A DNA stretch of 64,000 nucleotides. Origin: Octopus sinensis (lineage: Eukaryota). Positions 38,321-52,146 of the stretch are shown piece after piece. The position numbers and the translations under genes are program-made. Below the pieces are notes generated by a model that saw only the letters and a list, made by a program, of their open reading frames with translations, was not told where the DNA came from and made no database searches. Location of the stretch: the NCBI RefSeq assembly GCF_006345805.1, contig NC_043006.1, positions 88,970,001-89,034,000 on the forward strand. The letters are read 5' to 3'. Every line of letters begins with the position of its first letter. The stretch's first letter is position 1.

Positions 38321-39226
38321 ATAGGTTAACACTAACTTAGCTACAACACTAAAAGAGATGTTAAAGTTATAAAAATGACTAATGCAAAGACAATCTGGCC
38401 AGTCACATGTTAGCAACGGGGTCAAATTTTATACTGTACCTCACTCGACAACAAGGCCTTGATATGGCGTTGTTGTGTCAAACTACAATAACAAAACTCA
38501 ATCCACTTAACAACAGTATTGTGTCACAGCCATGTCGTTCCAGATTAATACACAAAATATATGCTGGATCTACGATTGATCTCAAATATTTGATTAGTCA
38601 GCCCCGTACTAAATCCTCATTTATTGCCATCATATGTCCATATCAGTGTGCTAATCACTGCTGCATACACTATGAAATGTCTAGAGTCAATTGCTTTCTC
38701 GTTTAACTTGAACTCATTCCGTTTTTCAACTTCTCCTTTAACTCACGCAATAAATCACATTCTTCTTGTTCTTTCTTTCTTTTACTGTAGGCCCACACTA
38801 TGAGACATATTGATTAGCTAAATTTCCAGTAAACTTGAGAAGCAGAAATTTCAATTACTTCGTATTGTGCAATTTATTTCACTTGGCTTGTGACAAAACA
38901 AGAATTGCAGATACCATTGATATGAAAACAAGATTATTGCTAACGGTTAATATTAGGAATGCTCTTTCTATGGAGCTGTGAGATTTTATTAATAAACTTT
39001 TCTACATCTCATATGTGATTAAGGTGCTTCTGTTTTGACCCTAAGGCAAGGGTTTTATAGGATTTTAATGCATATATGTATATATGTGTGTGTGTTTCTA
39101 AGTATATGTATTTTTGTGTACCTGTATGTGTGTATATATGTGACTGTGCTTGCACATGTGTGCATGTTTGTAGCTATATATATATACATATATATATATA
39201 TATACATACATACATACATACATACA

Positions 39227-39262
<36 letters not shown>

Positions 39263-39703
39263 TGTGTGTGTGTGTGTGTATGTATATATACATACATACA
39301 AATATACACACATGTATATACATATACATACAGACTTGTGCATATTGTGATATAGATATATATTCATCTGTTTGTATATTACGTGTATGTGTCTATATAT
39401 ATGTATGTGTATGTATATATATGAGTGTACATATGCATACATGTTTTTAAACTCTATATTGGGGTTGGTTGTGTGTAAATGAAAACAGTGTACTCAAATA
39501 TGAGAGTAGAGTAATATAATTTGATGAAATTTAATTCCAAGTTTCTCGTTGCCGATCTTCGGGCGATTCTGAAACGTAGAAGCCGAACCTTGGAATATAT
39601 ATTGAGCATACAGCAAAAATATATATCCTGCTAAACACTGGATAGGTAAACTGGGAGAGCAAGGGAACCACAATGGTTAACAATATAGAGTATACAGTAT
39701 ACA

Positions 39704-39746
<43 letters not shown>

Positions 39747-40692
39747 AAATGTTTATGTATCCTGGTAATTATATATTTGTAAGACATTATGTTGTAAGAG
39801 TAAATAACTTCTGATCATTATTTGCCATTGAAATCAGAGTAGAATGACACTGAAATATTCCCTTTTAATGTTGTTGTTGTAGATTATGCGACTGCCGTAA
39901 ACCGCTTCATAAAGTGAAAAAAAATCAGAAGAATTTCTTCAGTAATCTAGCAATGTACAGTTAGATATTGGAATGGACGATTGGGAACAACCGTTTGGAC
40001 ATTGGCAATTTGGCGACGAATATTTTGGCGCCGAAAACAGGTATGCACATGCGTGCACACGTTGAGAGCATGCACATTTAGAGAGGGTGGGGAAAAGATC
40101 AAAATGATACACATAAAGAAAAGCAGATTAACCTAAAGAGAGAAAGAGTGAAAGATGAAACTATTGCAGATAAGGAGAGATTCATTCAGAGAAGGAAACA
40201 GAAAGAGAGGAATAGCGAAAAAAGAGAAAACATGATTGAGAAGAAATTACATTGAAATATAACGAAAATCATGATGTAAACACGTCCACATACACATGGA
40301 AGAATAACAGTCACACACACACACACGCACGAACACAGAGTAGGGAAAACATTAATAAAGTTAACTGAAGACTGATATTGAAATAGTTATAATAGAGCGG
40401 CCTCTATATGGCATATAAATACACATCAAATGATGATGACGATGATGATGATGATGATGATGGTCAGAAAAATGCTCTGTTGCGCCCAGCATGATTTTAA
40501 GTTTGGTATTTGAACGTTAAGTATCGTTGGAAGAGACCCTATAAGATACTTGGCAACAGGTCCGCTCTTACAGAATTAGCCAGAGCAAGTGAAATCAAGA
40601 GTTCTAAGAACTGAAATGAAATTAATAATAATAATAATAATAAATAATAATAATAAATAATAATAATAACAATAATGTACATGTATACATAT

Positions 40693-40782
<90 letters not shown>

Positions 40783-40783
40783 T

Positions 40784-41274
40784 TTATTTGTGGGTTAACC
40801 AGGCTGCAACTGGTTTCATGCTAAGAGAGATATATCTCTTAAAAATTATCAAGCTTATTGCATGGGCTGTTGATGTTGTCTCCATTTTGGAATTTACCCC
40901 CAATTCTTGACTAGTGCTTATTTATCGATCCCGAAAAGATGAAAGGAAAAGTAAACTTCTGTGGTATTTGAACTCAGAATGTAAAGACCCAGAAGTAATA
41001 CCACAATGTTTCCAAAGTTCTAACGATTCTGCTAGCTCACCTTTTTGCCGACATACAACATTGCCAGTATTATGCAACCTAATACTTTCAAATTTTGGAA
41101 CAAGAGCAGTAGGGAATTAGTCGATTATATCGATCCCAGTTCATGACTATTATTTTATTTTATCGACCTCAAAAGTATGAATCACCAACGTCTCATGCAA
41201 TTGGCTTGATAATTGATAAGAAATACTCCTCTTTCAGCATGAAACCAATGGTAGCCTGGTTAATCCACAAATAA
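40784..41274. repeat. Diverged ~80-bp inverted repeat enclosing SINE A fragments
   Basis: TTATTTGTGGGTTAACCAGGCT..GGTTTCATGCT..AATTATCAAGC..TTGCATG versus CATGCAA..GCTTGATAATT..AGCATGAAACC..AGCCTGGTTAATCCACAAATAA. Confidence 0.75.
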
Positions 41275-42199
41275 TTATATATGTTTTACGTCAACGTGAT
41301 TTGAACTCAGAACGTAAAGAGCCAAGAGAAAATAGCGCTGTCAGGTAAAAGGACAAAAGAATGTCCGATATTTTATGCCACGATGCGACTCTAGGCAGGT
41401 GAAAAGGATGTCTTCATGTAGCTAATGTTTTATCACTTTTTTTAGTCACCATCATGTTTTGAACTGATGCACATTGTGCATTTGCTATAGGAACGTTTAT
41501 CAAGAAAGATGAATAAGGGGAGTATTTTTTGTCACATTCAGTATGATCAATCAAAAAATTATTCGTTACATCTTTACAAGCGTTCGATGTTTTGAGCCAG
41601 TTGACTGCACAAATCACTTCAAAAGAATAACCACATTGATGCACGACTTAGTCAAAATATCAGCCAAACTCTCTCAAGCTACACTCTACATTCTTTAAAA
41701 CTGAAGAACACATTACCAGACGTAGTCCTAATGTATAAAGAAAAAAGATGGGATGGTGTCCACTGAAATAGGTTTGATCATAGATTTGCTCACTCAAAAC
41801 GGATCTGGAGCTAAAAAAAAACAACAGCATCCAACCATTATGATCTAATGGACCCTTATGTGCTTGCCTGACATGCTAGAAATAACTGTCAAATCTACCT
41901 GGAATCATAACTTACTATCACCACAGTTGAATAGCTTTTGATCCCATCATTTATCTGCGAACTAAACTAGCATCAAGAAATATTATATAAAAGGATAACT
42001 TCAGAAATATTATATAAAAGGATATAAAAGGACATCGAACCCAGTTGAAGTTAATCTCACTCTCTAGTGTCCTTTCATTCCACATCCTTACAATGGAAAC
42101 AACATTAGGCCTAGAGTTCAAAATCAACATTGCATAGACGAGATTCAATGTCGCGTAGGATTAATGCGAGTGAGAGAGTGAGAGGTTAGAAGACGAAGT

Positions 42200-42239
<40 letters not shown>

Positions 42240-42399
42240 AGAGTACAAATAGTATTTTATTAGATATGACTTGGCTTGGCATTTAGAAAGGAAATAGGTA
42301 GGATGTGGATAGTGCCCATTCAGAAAAGTAATGTGTACACAAAAGAAGCGGTAGGATCTCTGGCGTGGTAACTGACAATCATGACGTCAGATGTGAATG

Positions 42400-42760
42400 A
42401 TGTACAAGATTAATTAACTGAAGAAGCTGTTACGAAATGAATTCCATAAACAGATCAGTCAGTACACTGAATGTAGTTAATATTTTCTGTTGCTTCTGTA
42501 ATCTAATTAGTACAGGAAGTTGTGGCTATAGTGAAAGAATAGTTGTAGAGTATAGAGAGGGAGGAAGACGTTCAAAAAGCTGTTATTTGTGCTGGCAACA
42601 AAGTGTTTCTTTATGTAAACGAAGAATGTACGAAGCATATGTAAGAACTACAATGATGCATAAAGGTAAGACGTGGAGCGTTGAATGGCGAGAAATCAGG
42701 AAAGCATTTTCTGTCGAGGATGTAATATTAATATTCGTGAAATGTGGTCTCAGGTAAACT
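42400..42760 (+). mobile_element. RTE-like LINE remnant
   Basis: KRRMYEAYVRTTMMHKGKTW resembles the RTE motif K.RLY.ACVR..MLHGSETW. Confidence 0.45.
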
Positions 42761-42804
42761 AAGAAAGTAAACTAGCAATTTTGAAGGAACGTGTAAGTAG
42801 AAAA

Positions 42805-43560
42805 CAATGCTCTGCTGGTATTTATTTTATCAGCTCCCAAAACATGAAATGCAAACTCTACCTCAAGGGGAAAAATGCCACTAAGCATTTTGTCCGATGT
42901 GCTAACGATTCTTCCAGCACGCCGCTTTTAATTTCAGATTTTGACACAAGAGGGGAGGGTTTTATCGATCCTAGTACCTGACTGATACTTTATTTCATCG
43001 AATCCGAAAAAAAAAACAGTTAAACTTGGCAGGATTTGAACTCAGAGCGTAAAGCACTTGAAGAAGTATATCTCAGTGCATTTTGTCTGATGAGCTAAAC
43101 ACTCTAACAGCTCGCCACCTTAACAACAACAACAACAAGAATAATCTTTTTTTATCTTTCTACTGATATTTTTGTAGGAAGAACTAGTGCACATCGACCT
43201 CAGTGCTCAAATGGTACTTATTTTTGCCGAACCCGAAGGGATGAAAGACAGAGTAATCCTCGGTGGAATTTGAACTCAGGCAGAAAGACAGACGAAATGT
43301 CTTGAAGCATTTTGTACGGCGTGGTAATTCTACCTGGTCACCGCGTAATAATAATAATTCTTTCTATTATAGGCACAAAGCCTGAAATTCTGGAGGAGGA
43401 AGTTAGTCGTTTACATCGACCCCAGTGCTCAACAGGTACTTTTTCCATCGAGCTCAAAGATGAAAAGCAAAGTCGACCTCGGCGGAATTTGAACTCAGTG
43501 CATAAAGATGGACTAAATGCCGCTAAATATTCTGTCCGGCGTGCTAACGATTCTACCTGG
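42805..43560 (-). mobile_element. Head-to-tail cluster of four SINE family A copies
   Basis: Repeated ATCGA.C.CAGT..TGGTACT..TTTGAACTCAG..CATTTTGTC units. Confidence 0.8.
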
Positions 43561-43579
43561 TAACCTAATAATAATAATG

Positions 43580-43634
<55 letters not shown>

Positions 43635-43666
43635 TAATAATGATAATAATAATAATAATAATAATA

Positions 43667-44193
43667 TGCAGTACCAGGCAGTGGCTCTCATTGGAAGTGT
43701 TATCATGTACATTGTTTTGTCTTGGTATAAAAGATGGGCTACAGCAAATATTCTGCTCAATACCACAGATTTGCTTGTCAGTTGTTTGACCTTAACCAGT
43801 TGAGCATGTCCCTTAATGGCTGACGATATGTGCATCTCTGGTCACGAGCAGAAGTAGTGGGGGAGCATCATAGCCATGTGTTGAGAGGGATTCTTTGGGG
43901 TTTGAATAATTCACCTCTGGAAACATGGGTGGTTCTTTCAACATCCTTAAACAACCCTTATTCAGGGACCTTTTGAGCGGGATGGGCTACTCAACCTGAA
44001 GAAAATTCTAACTGGGCCCCACCTGCAAGGTCATGTGCTGTTTATCTTGATATGAGATCACCATGTCGCGCACATATGGTTGTGATGCATGTGCCTGGTG
44101 TACTTTTATCAGACGGGTAGTCATGATGGGTATATTGGGCTTCGTATATTTTACCCCAGTGTCACTTTGATGGCATGCACTGCTCTCTCACTC
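43667..44193 (+). mobile_element. Complex ~530-bp insert between (AAT)n tracts, probable retroelement 3' UTR
   Basis: Flanked on both sides by long (AAT)n; no ORF; strand inferred from the tail. Confidence 0.5.
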
Positions 44194-44243
<50 letters not shown>

Positions 44244-45234
44244 TGATGACGACGACAATGATGATGATGGTGATGATGATGATGATAAATCTTTGTAACA
44301 AAATGTATGAAATGTAAGATAGTCGAATTACTAATGAGAGACAATCCCGGTGTATTTCACTGTTAAAAGACCTAAGGACAGAATTGATTTGCCCTGAAGA
44401 CTATGAGCAAGAGAAACTGGCAAGGATCATAGAACGAGGTTGCTTATGTGAGCAAATACAAAATTCATTAACAAAGCGAACAATGAACCAATAAGGAGGC
44501 CTTCACATGGTCATTTGGCAAGCCAGAAACAGAAACCAAATAACCCTACAAGTACACTTTAATGTATAACACAAAGAAAGGTTACAATGGATAAAATAAT
44601 TGCCGACTTATTCCTAAAATGATAGAAGGAACACGATTGTACTGTCTTTGAGTATAGGTCTCTTAGTTTCTATCCATTTTTCGTGTGCTTTCCCACTATT
44701 TTAAAGTTTGTTTTGTCCGTTAACCTTAACCACATTTTGTGTTTGTGCGTTCGTTTTGCTTCTGCTCTCATGACACCCTGTTCACATACACGATCCTTCT
44801 CTCGCGGCATATCGGCAGCCAGTGGTTTGAAGTCCACCAGGAGGACGTGCCTCTGGTGGCGGCAATAAGAACCGTTCGTTGGATGCTCGTCAACACTGGC
44901 TGCCCCACGACCAAGAACAGGATTCCTGACTATGAATGCCTACTCAGATTGCAGACCAACCCCACAACCTTATGCATCCCCTGTAATACCTAAATTTGCC
45001 TCCGTAATCGTGGTGCGCGCAAACACACATACATACACGTCTGTATACACGCACAACTATACACGCATACACGCATACACACATACAGAGACACCTAGAC
45101 ACACCTATGTGCGTATATATCTTCTCTCTTACATCCCCCAAGCCACAAAACCTCACTCCAGCATCTGTTCCGCCCAACACCCAGCACCAACGCTGTTGCA
45201 ACTGCACTAGCATACATCTCTTACACCCGCACAG

Positions 45235-45295
<61 letters not shown>

Positions 45296-45539
45296 AAAAG
45301 CATACATATATGTCCCACACACACACACACACCAATAAAAACTCACACACATATTTTCTTCTAGACAAACACACACGCACTCATGCATTTACACACACAC
45401 ACACAAATGCGAGAATGTACATACGCACACACATCCGTACATGCATCCTAAACGCATTCGCAAACACATGCGTATACAACGGGCACTAACGCACACGTAT
45501 TCGAACGCGCACCCACACACATACACATACATACATACA

Positions 45540-45571
<32 letters not shown>

Positions 45572-45929
45572 CACACACACACATCCAATAACTGATAACA
45601 CGCCCACATCAACGCATTCACACATCTGGTATACACATACACTCTCGCCGACCTTGCTTCTGCCAGCTTTCATGTCTCTAAGACCCTCGCCAGCAGCTTC
45701 CTATCTAGTCATACGGCCCAAGAAATTCTCCACTCTAATGTATTTGGTGTCGCTAAACGCCTATCTTACTTCTAACAACACCATGTGACCCGCCTTAACC
45801 AATAGCTGGCTATTTTGCAGGAGCCGCTTTGTTCTTTCAGTAGCCATTTTAGACTCCCTGTATTTCTCCATTCGAAAATTTGAACCTGAACGAGCCAGCT
45901 TTCAGTTAGAAGCCAGCGAAACTTTAAGT

Positions 45930-46333
45930 CGCATGGCTGTGCAGTAAAAATCTTGCTTCCAAACCACATGGTTTTGGGTTCAATCCCACTGTGTATCACT
46001 TTGGGCAAGTATCTCCTCTTATAACTTCGGGCCAACCAAAGAGTTGAGAGTGAATCTGGTAGACGGAAACTGAAAGAAGCCCGTCCTATATATATGTGTA
46101 TGAATGTGTGTGTGTGTGTCTTTGAGTCTATGTCCTCACCACCACTTGACAACCGGTGCCTGTGTGTTTACGTTCCTTTAACTTAATGGTTCGTCATAAG
46201 AGGCCGATAGAATGAGTACTAAGCTTATAAAGAAAATAAGTACTGGTGTCGATTCATTCGACTGAAAATTCTTCGAAGCGATACCCCAGCATGGCCGCAA
46301 TCTAATGACTGAAGCATTTTAAAAGATGAAAGA
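45930..46333 (+). mobile_element. SINE family B
   Basis: Aligns to 24193-24590. Confidence 0.85.
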
Positions 46334-46339
46334 TAACAC

Positions 46340-46343
46340 GCAG

Positions 46344-46374
<31 letters not shown>

Positions 46375-46560
46375 TACGTATGTATGTATGTATGTATGTA
46401 TGTATGTATGTATGTATGTATGTATGTATGTATGTATGTGTGTGTGCGTATGTATGTATGTATGTATGTATGTATGTATGTATGTATGTATGTATGTATG
46501 TGTGTGTATATGTATGTATGTATGTATGTACGTATGTATGTATGTATGTATGTATGTATA
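46340..46560. repeat. (CA)n and (TATG)n microsatellite
   Basis: Directly visible. Confidence 0.95.
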
Positions 46561-47209
46561 ACTTGGTATCTATGGCCCTTTTCAAATTGAAGTTGTAATT
46601 CGCGATTTATCAATGCTGTGTACACATATTTTTCAAAGCTTGATATTTTCCTCAACAAATCTCTCTCTTTTTCCTTATTTCTTTGCATCGCCTTCTCTTA
46701 CATAAACCTTCTTTCACCACCTTTAACCTTAACCAATTTATTTATTAACTTGTTTTGCCTTTGTTTTGGTTTTTAATTTTATTGTCCACTTACTTTGTCT
46801 ATGTTTCTTAAATTCTAAAATAGTTCTTGCCTGACATTTTTTCTTGGCAACGATAAATATTTCCCTTCCTCAATGCTTAATGCTTCGCTTTATTCGACCT
46901 TATTTCACTTGTTATTAATGTTATATTATTTTCGTTAACGGCTAATCGAATTATCCAGCAAATTCCGTTGACGTCTAAGTGTGACAACCCCTGTCGAATC
47001 AGCTTGACATCTTTATTTCAGTATTTGCCAACTTATTGTAATCACAACATTCAAAACCATTCTTTTGCTTCAGCTTCAACAAAACACTATATTTTACTCT
47101 ACCTTTGGTATTCAAGTACTATGTTCTCCATTGTGTTTTTCACTTATGCGCTTACACGTGTCTATATATACGGGTGTGCGTGTGCGTGTGCGTATGTTAA
47201 ATATATATG

Positions 47210-47242
<33 letters not shown>

Positions 47243-47399
47243 CGTGTACGTGTGTGTACGTATATACATACATAGCAGAGAGGTAGGTAGACTGAATCAT
47301 TGAAAGTAAACAGTAGAAGAAGAATGTGTGTTTTATGAGTGTTTCATCGATAGTATTGTCATAAACTTATAATTATAGAGTCATTCATTTAGAATCATA

Positions 47400-47540
47400 T
47401 AAGGTTGTCCCAAAAGTTCGTAGAAAGTCTTGGAAAATAATGGTCTTTATTTTGAGGAATAATTTTTGTTGTTTTTGTTAGTACTTGGCGAGTAAAAGTT
47501 CAATTTTCGCAAGTGTTTACGAACTTTTGGGACAACCTAA
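47400..47540. mobile_element. Mariner-derived MITE with TA TSD
   Basis: TA|TAAGGTTGTCCCAAAAGTTCGTA ... TACGAACTTTTGGGACAACCTAA|TA. Confidence 0.85.
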
Positions 47541-48990
47541 TATTACTTACAGCTTTTAACCAAGACATGGTAAAAGCGAAACAGGAACTTCCCCCAGAGT
47601 TTGAAGAATGAAGGAGCAAATAACTAATCGTCACCATATTAGTTGGTATAATGATTAATTATTATTTTGACGAGAGGAAGATTGAAGTTGTTGTAAGATA
47701 CGATAATTGTTATTTCTATCATCGTAAAATTGTTGGAGTTAAGAATTATAGTGTAGTATTTATCAGTTACCGAATAGTTTTACCGGGGGTAAAATTATTA
47801 TGATTAATGTTTCAATGAGTAATGCTTCAGCGGCCTGTCTTATCAACTGACGCAGAATCCCGTATCTTTTTCTCCCCTTGTTTGTGACACCACAGCGAAC
47901 ACAAGATTCCAAGAAGCCCACCTTCTGTTACTAAAATCCGGCTGAGTTAAAAGGATCAAAGTAGTGATTTGCGGTAATCTGTGAATCATGATCTCCTTTT
48001 CGCCCCACTCCAATACCAAATCAAAACTACATCTCATGAACAGTACGATGGAAGGTTTTCGTCATTATGGGTAAATGCAGCTTAAGTTTCATTCTCTTCA
48101 TTAATTTACAATGATTCCTCTTGCACGTCTCAAAGACAATCTCTAGGTGTAACTGGAAAATTTCTGACAATAAATTTCCCTTAAATCAAATGAAGCCATC
48201 TTCCTGCTAGTAATTATTTGTCATTGCGACAAACGATTTAGTAATGCCATAGAAACATTCTTGATATCACCTAACATTCGGACATGCTCAACATATTGAA
48301 GTTAATTCTTTATTCACGTGGAAATAAGATTACCGTAAAGCTCTGAGAATCGATAAATTATATAGATTTCATTAAAACGAATTGATACAAACTGCCACTT
48401 ATTAAATCTCATCTGATCTTTAAAAATTCCTATCTTTCACAAAACCACATATACTTCTTCCAAAATCAGATCTCACTGTTATGATGCCACTACTGCCTTG
48501 TTACAAAATGCCATCACTCGTACATGGTTATTTTTAACAAATTTTCTGGTTTCCTTTTATAAGTTTGAAGCGAGTTCAGTTTCTATATCAATTCAGGAGC
48601 TACCATCTTAAGTTATTAGCACACCGAATTGTTATCCGGTGACCTACGGATCTAGATACCCAATACTAATCTATGTAAGTTGTGGTTCTGTATGTGAGGC
48701 CCCGGTACATTGTTTTATCCAAGAACTATTAATGTTATTAAGGCAAGACGGATCTGGGATGTCACTGGTCATAACTGGATCAAGATTCTTTGATTAAAAC
48801 AGATCTTCCGTTGTTTGAAGCCAGTAAAGACAATAGCATCGACAGACAGCAAAGTTTATAATATTTAATTAAAATACGAATTCATATCCAGTCAATTTTA
48901 TCATTCATAATTCGAAGACTTTATCTGCATAGAAAACAATGCACAAGTCAATGTTAAATTAATATCAAAGTAAATAAGAATAATGAAAAT

Positions 48991-51653
48991 CATGGATGCC
49001 ACTGATGGGTTTTTCCACCTGAGAGTTTTGGAGTAATGATGGGTTTATGGGTTTTAATATCCAAATTTACATTAAATCTGGGTTTTAAAGTTAGTTTTGG
49101 TTGCAAACTTATCTTTTAAAGAGAATTCGGTGTCATACGCTTTGTATGCAATATGTACCAAAGTTGCACCTCTTCTAATAATTTGTAAACTTCCTATTTA
49201 TCATTTATAATCATCTTACGTAATGAATTTATCGATATAAATATTGTATGTAACGTAATTACCGATCGTACGCGTTCATTATTTGTTTATACCTGTATCA
49301 TACTGAGCAACTACAAGTTTCAACGAGTTGGTGGCTGCTTGTACACTTGTCTGAAACTCTGACACCAGCAGTTGACAACTTGACCCTGTTGATGGTGTAC
49401 GCTTCGACTGATACTCGTGATTTAAAATTTGACAAAATTTTGAGTGAGTGTTTTTGTTTTGTAACACTTTGCGACGTAATGACAGACAATAGTGTATCCA
49501 AAAAGAGAAAGTGGTACACCCAAAATTTCAAGAAGTCGTGATTGGAGGATGCTAAGCTTAAAGATTGGTTACGGTAATTTGATAAAAATCCTGATCCCGC
49601 CACTACGTTTGTTGCAGCGTTGTGTTGAAAAATGCTAACCAATCAATGATATTAGCTCATAAAAACCATGCCAAACACAAGAAGGCTTTTGATTGTGCGA
49701 AATCTGCGATTAAATTAGATTCATTTATTATTTTTAAATAGATTATACATTAAATGAAAAAGTAACTGAGGCAGACATGCTACTAACAGGTTATGTTGCT
49801 GAACATCACGTACCTTTCATCCATATAAATCACTTAGCTGAAATTTGTAAAAAGGCCTTTTCCGATAGTGAAACAGCTAAAAATCTACAAATGGAAAAAA
49901 AAAATTTAACATATATTATGCAAGACGGAATTGCACATTATGGACGAAATGAAATCTTGGAAATTCTCAAGAAACAAAAGTTTTCATTATGGATAGATGA
50001 GACTATGGACATCTCAGTGACACAAATCTTTGCCATAGTTGTTCGCTTTTTTTATGAACAATCGCTTAATGTCAAGAATGCTCTTCTTGGTGGAATTGTA
50101 GTAGAAAATGTTTTGTCTCAGGGTTTGTACGATACTGTCAAGTCTACGCTTACAAAAGAAGATGTATCTATGAGCAACATACTTGAATTTGCCAGCAACA
50201 ATTGCTCAACAATGAAGGGTAACATGAGTGGGTTTCAAAAGTTATTGAGAAACGATATTTCGACTGTATCAACAGGCTGTGTTTACCATTCGTTTGCACT
50301 TTGTTCAAGTCATGCAGTGAAGGTGTTTACTCCGTATCTCGAGTCCTTTTAAATATGATAAAAAGTGTTGATGACACAAAAGTAAACAAGATTCCAAAGC
50401 TTTCGCAAACGAGATGGTTGGCACGTGAAAATGTAATTAACGTTATAATAGAGCAGTCGGATGCCCTTGTACTTTATTTTCAGTCAGAGGCTAAAGTAGA
50501 GAAAGTGGACGGAGCAAAAAGGATCTATGAAACAATGATTAACAAGGGGACGAAACAGATGCTGCTCTTCTTACATTATATATTAAAGTAAATTCTGTTA
50601 ATGTCGAATTTCAGTCAGAACTCTTTCGACTGCATCTGTTGCATTCACTCGTATTCAGTGAATATAAAGTATCCTTAGTTGCTTTATAAAAGAGGATGTT
50701 TTCTCTTTATCTAAATTATCAGATATAACACAACAAATCAAAGATATGAGTGATAATTACCTTGGTGGACGCGCAATGAGATATCTAGAACAAAACTCTA
50801 TCATTGGTGACTCAGCTAGATTCAAAACTGATTGCAAACATTTTTGAATGCTCTCAAATAGAAATGCGCTTTCCTCTTGATAAAGCTGGAGTGTTTTCCC
50901 TCTTAGAAATACTTGATCTAAAAGTAACACGCGATCTTACTAAACTTTCCTCAGTCGATAATTCCCTTGGCATCAAACTTTCCAGCAATTGCAACTGAAA
51001 ACACACTCGATGAACTAGACGATGAGTGGAGATTATTTAGGCAATATGATGATATTCCTGTTTCCTCGAAAAGCATCACTGAATTCTGGCATTCCATACG
51101 CAGTCTTAAAGACGGGCTTGTCCACCCTAAATTTAAGAGGCTGTCACAATTCATGACTTATTTAACGATGTTACTTCATTCACCAGTGAACGTGGAGTGC
51201 ATATTTTCCCGAGTAAATTACACAAAGACAAAGTTCACTAATAGGTTGAAGGCCGAAACCATCACCGATCGTCTACTCGCTAAACAAGCAATTACAAGAA
51301 AGGGAGTGTCATACATTCCTTGAGAGCCGGACGCTAAACTTATTAAAGTTGTAGTAGATGGGTCTTGTCATCGTAGATACACAAGTAGATTGAACTTCAA
51401 TAAGGAAGAGAATGAGTCTATCACCATTGAAGGAGTGGATGAAGATGATGTGGATATGTACGAAAATGACAATTAGCTGCCATATGATATAAAGTGAGAA
51501 TTAAATTCTGTATTCATTTTCTCACATAACATATTTTATCATTAAATTACCAATTACATACCTATTTTCTAACATCTGGGTTTATAAAATAGGATCTGGG
51601 CTTTTTGCAGCAAATAATCTGGGTGTTTTATTATTTGATGAGTGGCAACCCTG
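48991..51653 (+). mobile_element. hAT DNA transposon with both ends
   Basis: TIRs CATGGATGCCACT / AGTGGCAACCCTG; 8-bp TSD ATGAAAAT / ACGAAAAT; sub-terminal TGGGTTT repeats at both ends. Confidence 0.9.
49479..51476 (+). pseudogene. hAT transposase pseudogene
   Basis: FSLWIDETMDIS, CVYHSFALC, TRWL and C-terminal dimerisation motif VECIFS; multiple stops and frameshifts. Confidence 0.88.
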
Positions 51654-52083
51654 ACGAAAATAATATTTGCCTTTGACTAATATCGTTTTTATTCATTACA
51701 TGTGTTGATTTCTAGTTAACATTTTTTTATACTCCCCGCATTAAATATTCTGGTATTTAACATCTGCTTTGGAAATGTGAAGAATGTAGAGTCTATACGA
51801 AGGGTTAGCAGACACCGCTTTAGTATATGCATGGAGTCCGAGGACTCAGATCTGTATCATTCATGAATAATATTGATAACATTTCCATTGTTTGTTCGCC
51901 TTCACGGAACGGTAATCATAGATATGTTTTACAAAAAAAAAACAAGTTCTATAAGTAATGTAATCCCATTTCACTGCAAAAAAAATGTATCTGCTGTTGT
52001 AAATATGTCAGATAATCTCTGAATAAGACTTCAGATTCCATATTTCTTTTTCGCTTTTTTTTGCATCTGAATATATGTACGTA

Positions 52084-52146
<63 letters not shown>

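Noticed and set aside
47843-48037. 64-aa minus-strand ORF
   Set aside because: No recognisable motif or splice support; the length is expected by chance.
49777-50352. Domesticated ZBED/ZNF862-like host gene
   Set aside because: Lies within TIRs and a TSD and is disrupted by stops and frameshifts, so it is a dead transposon.
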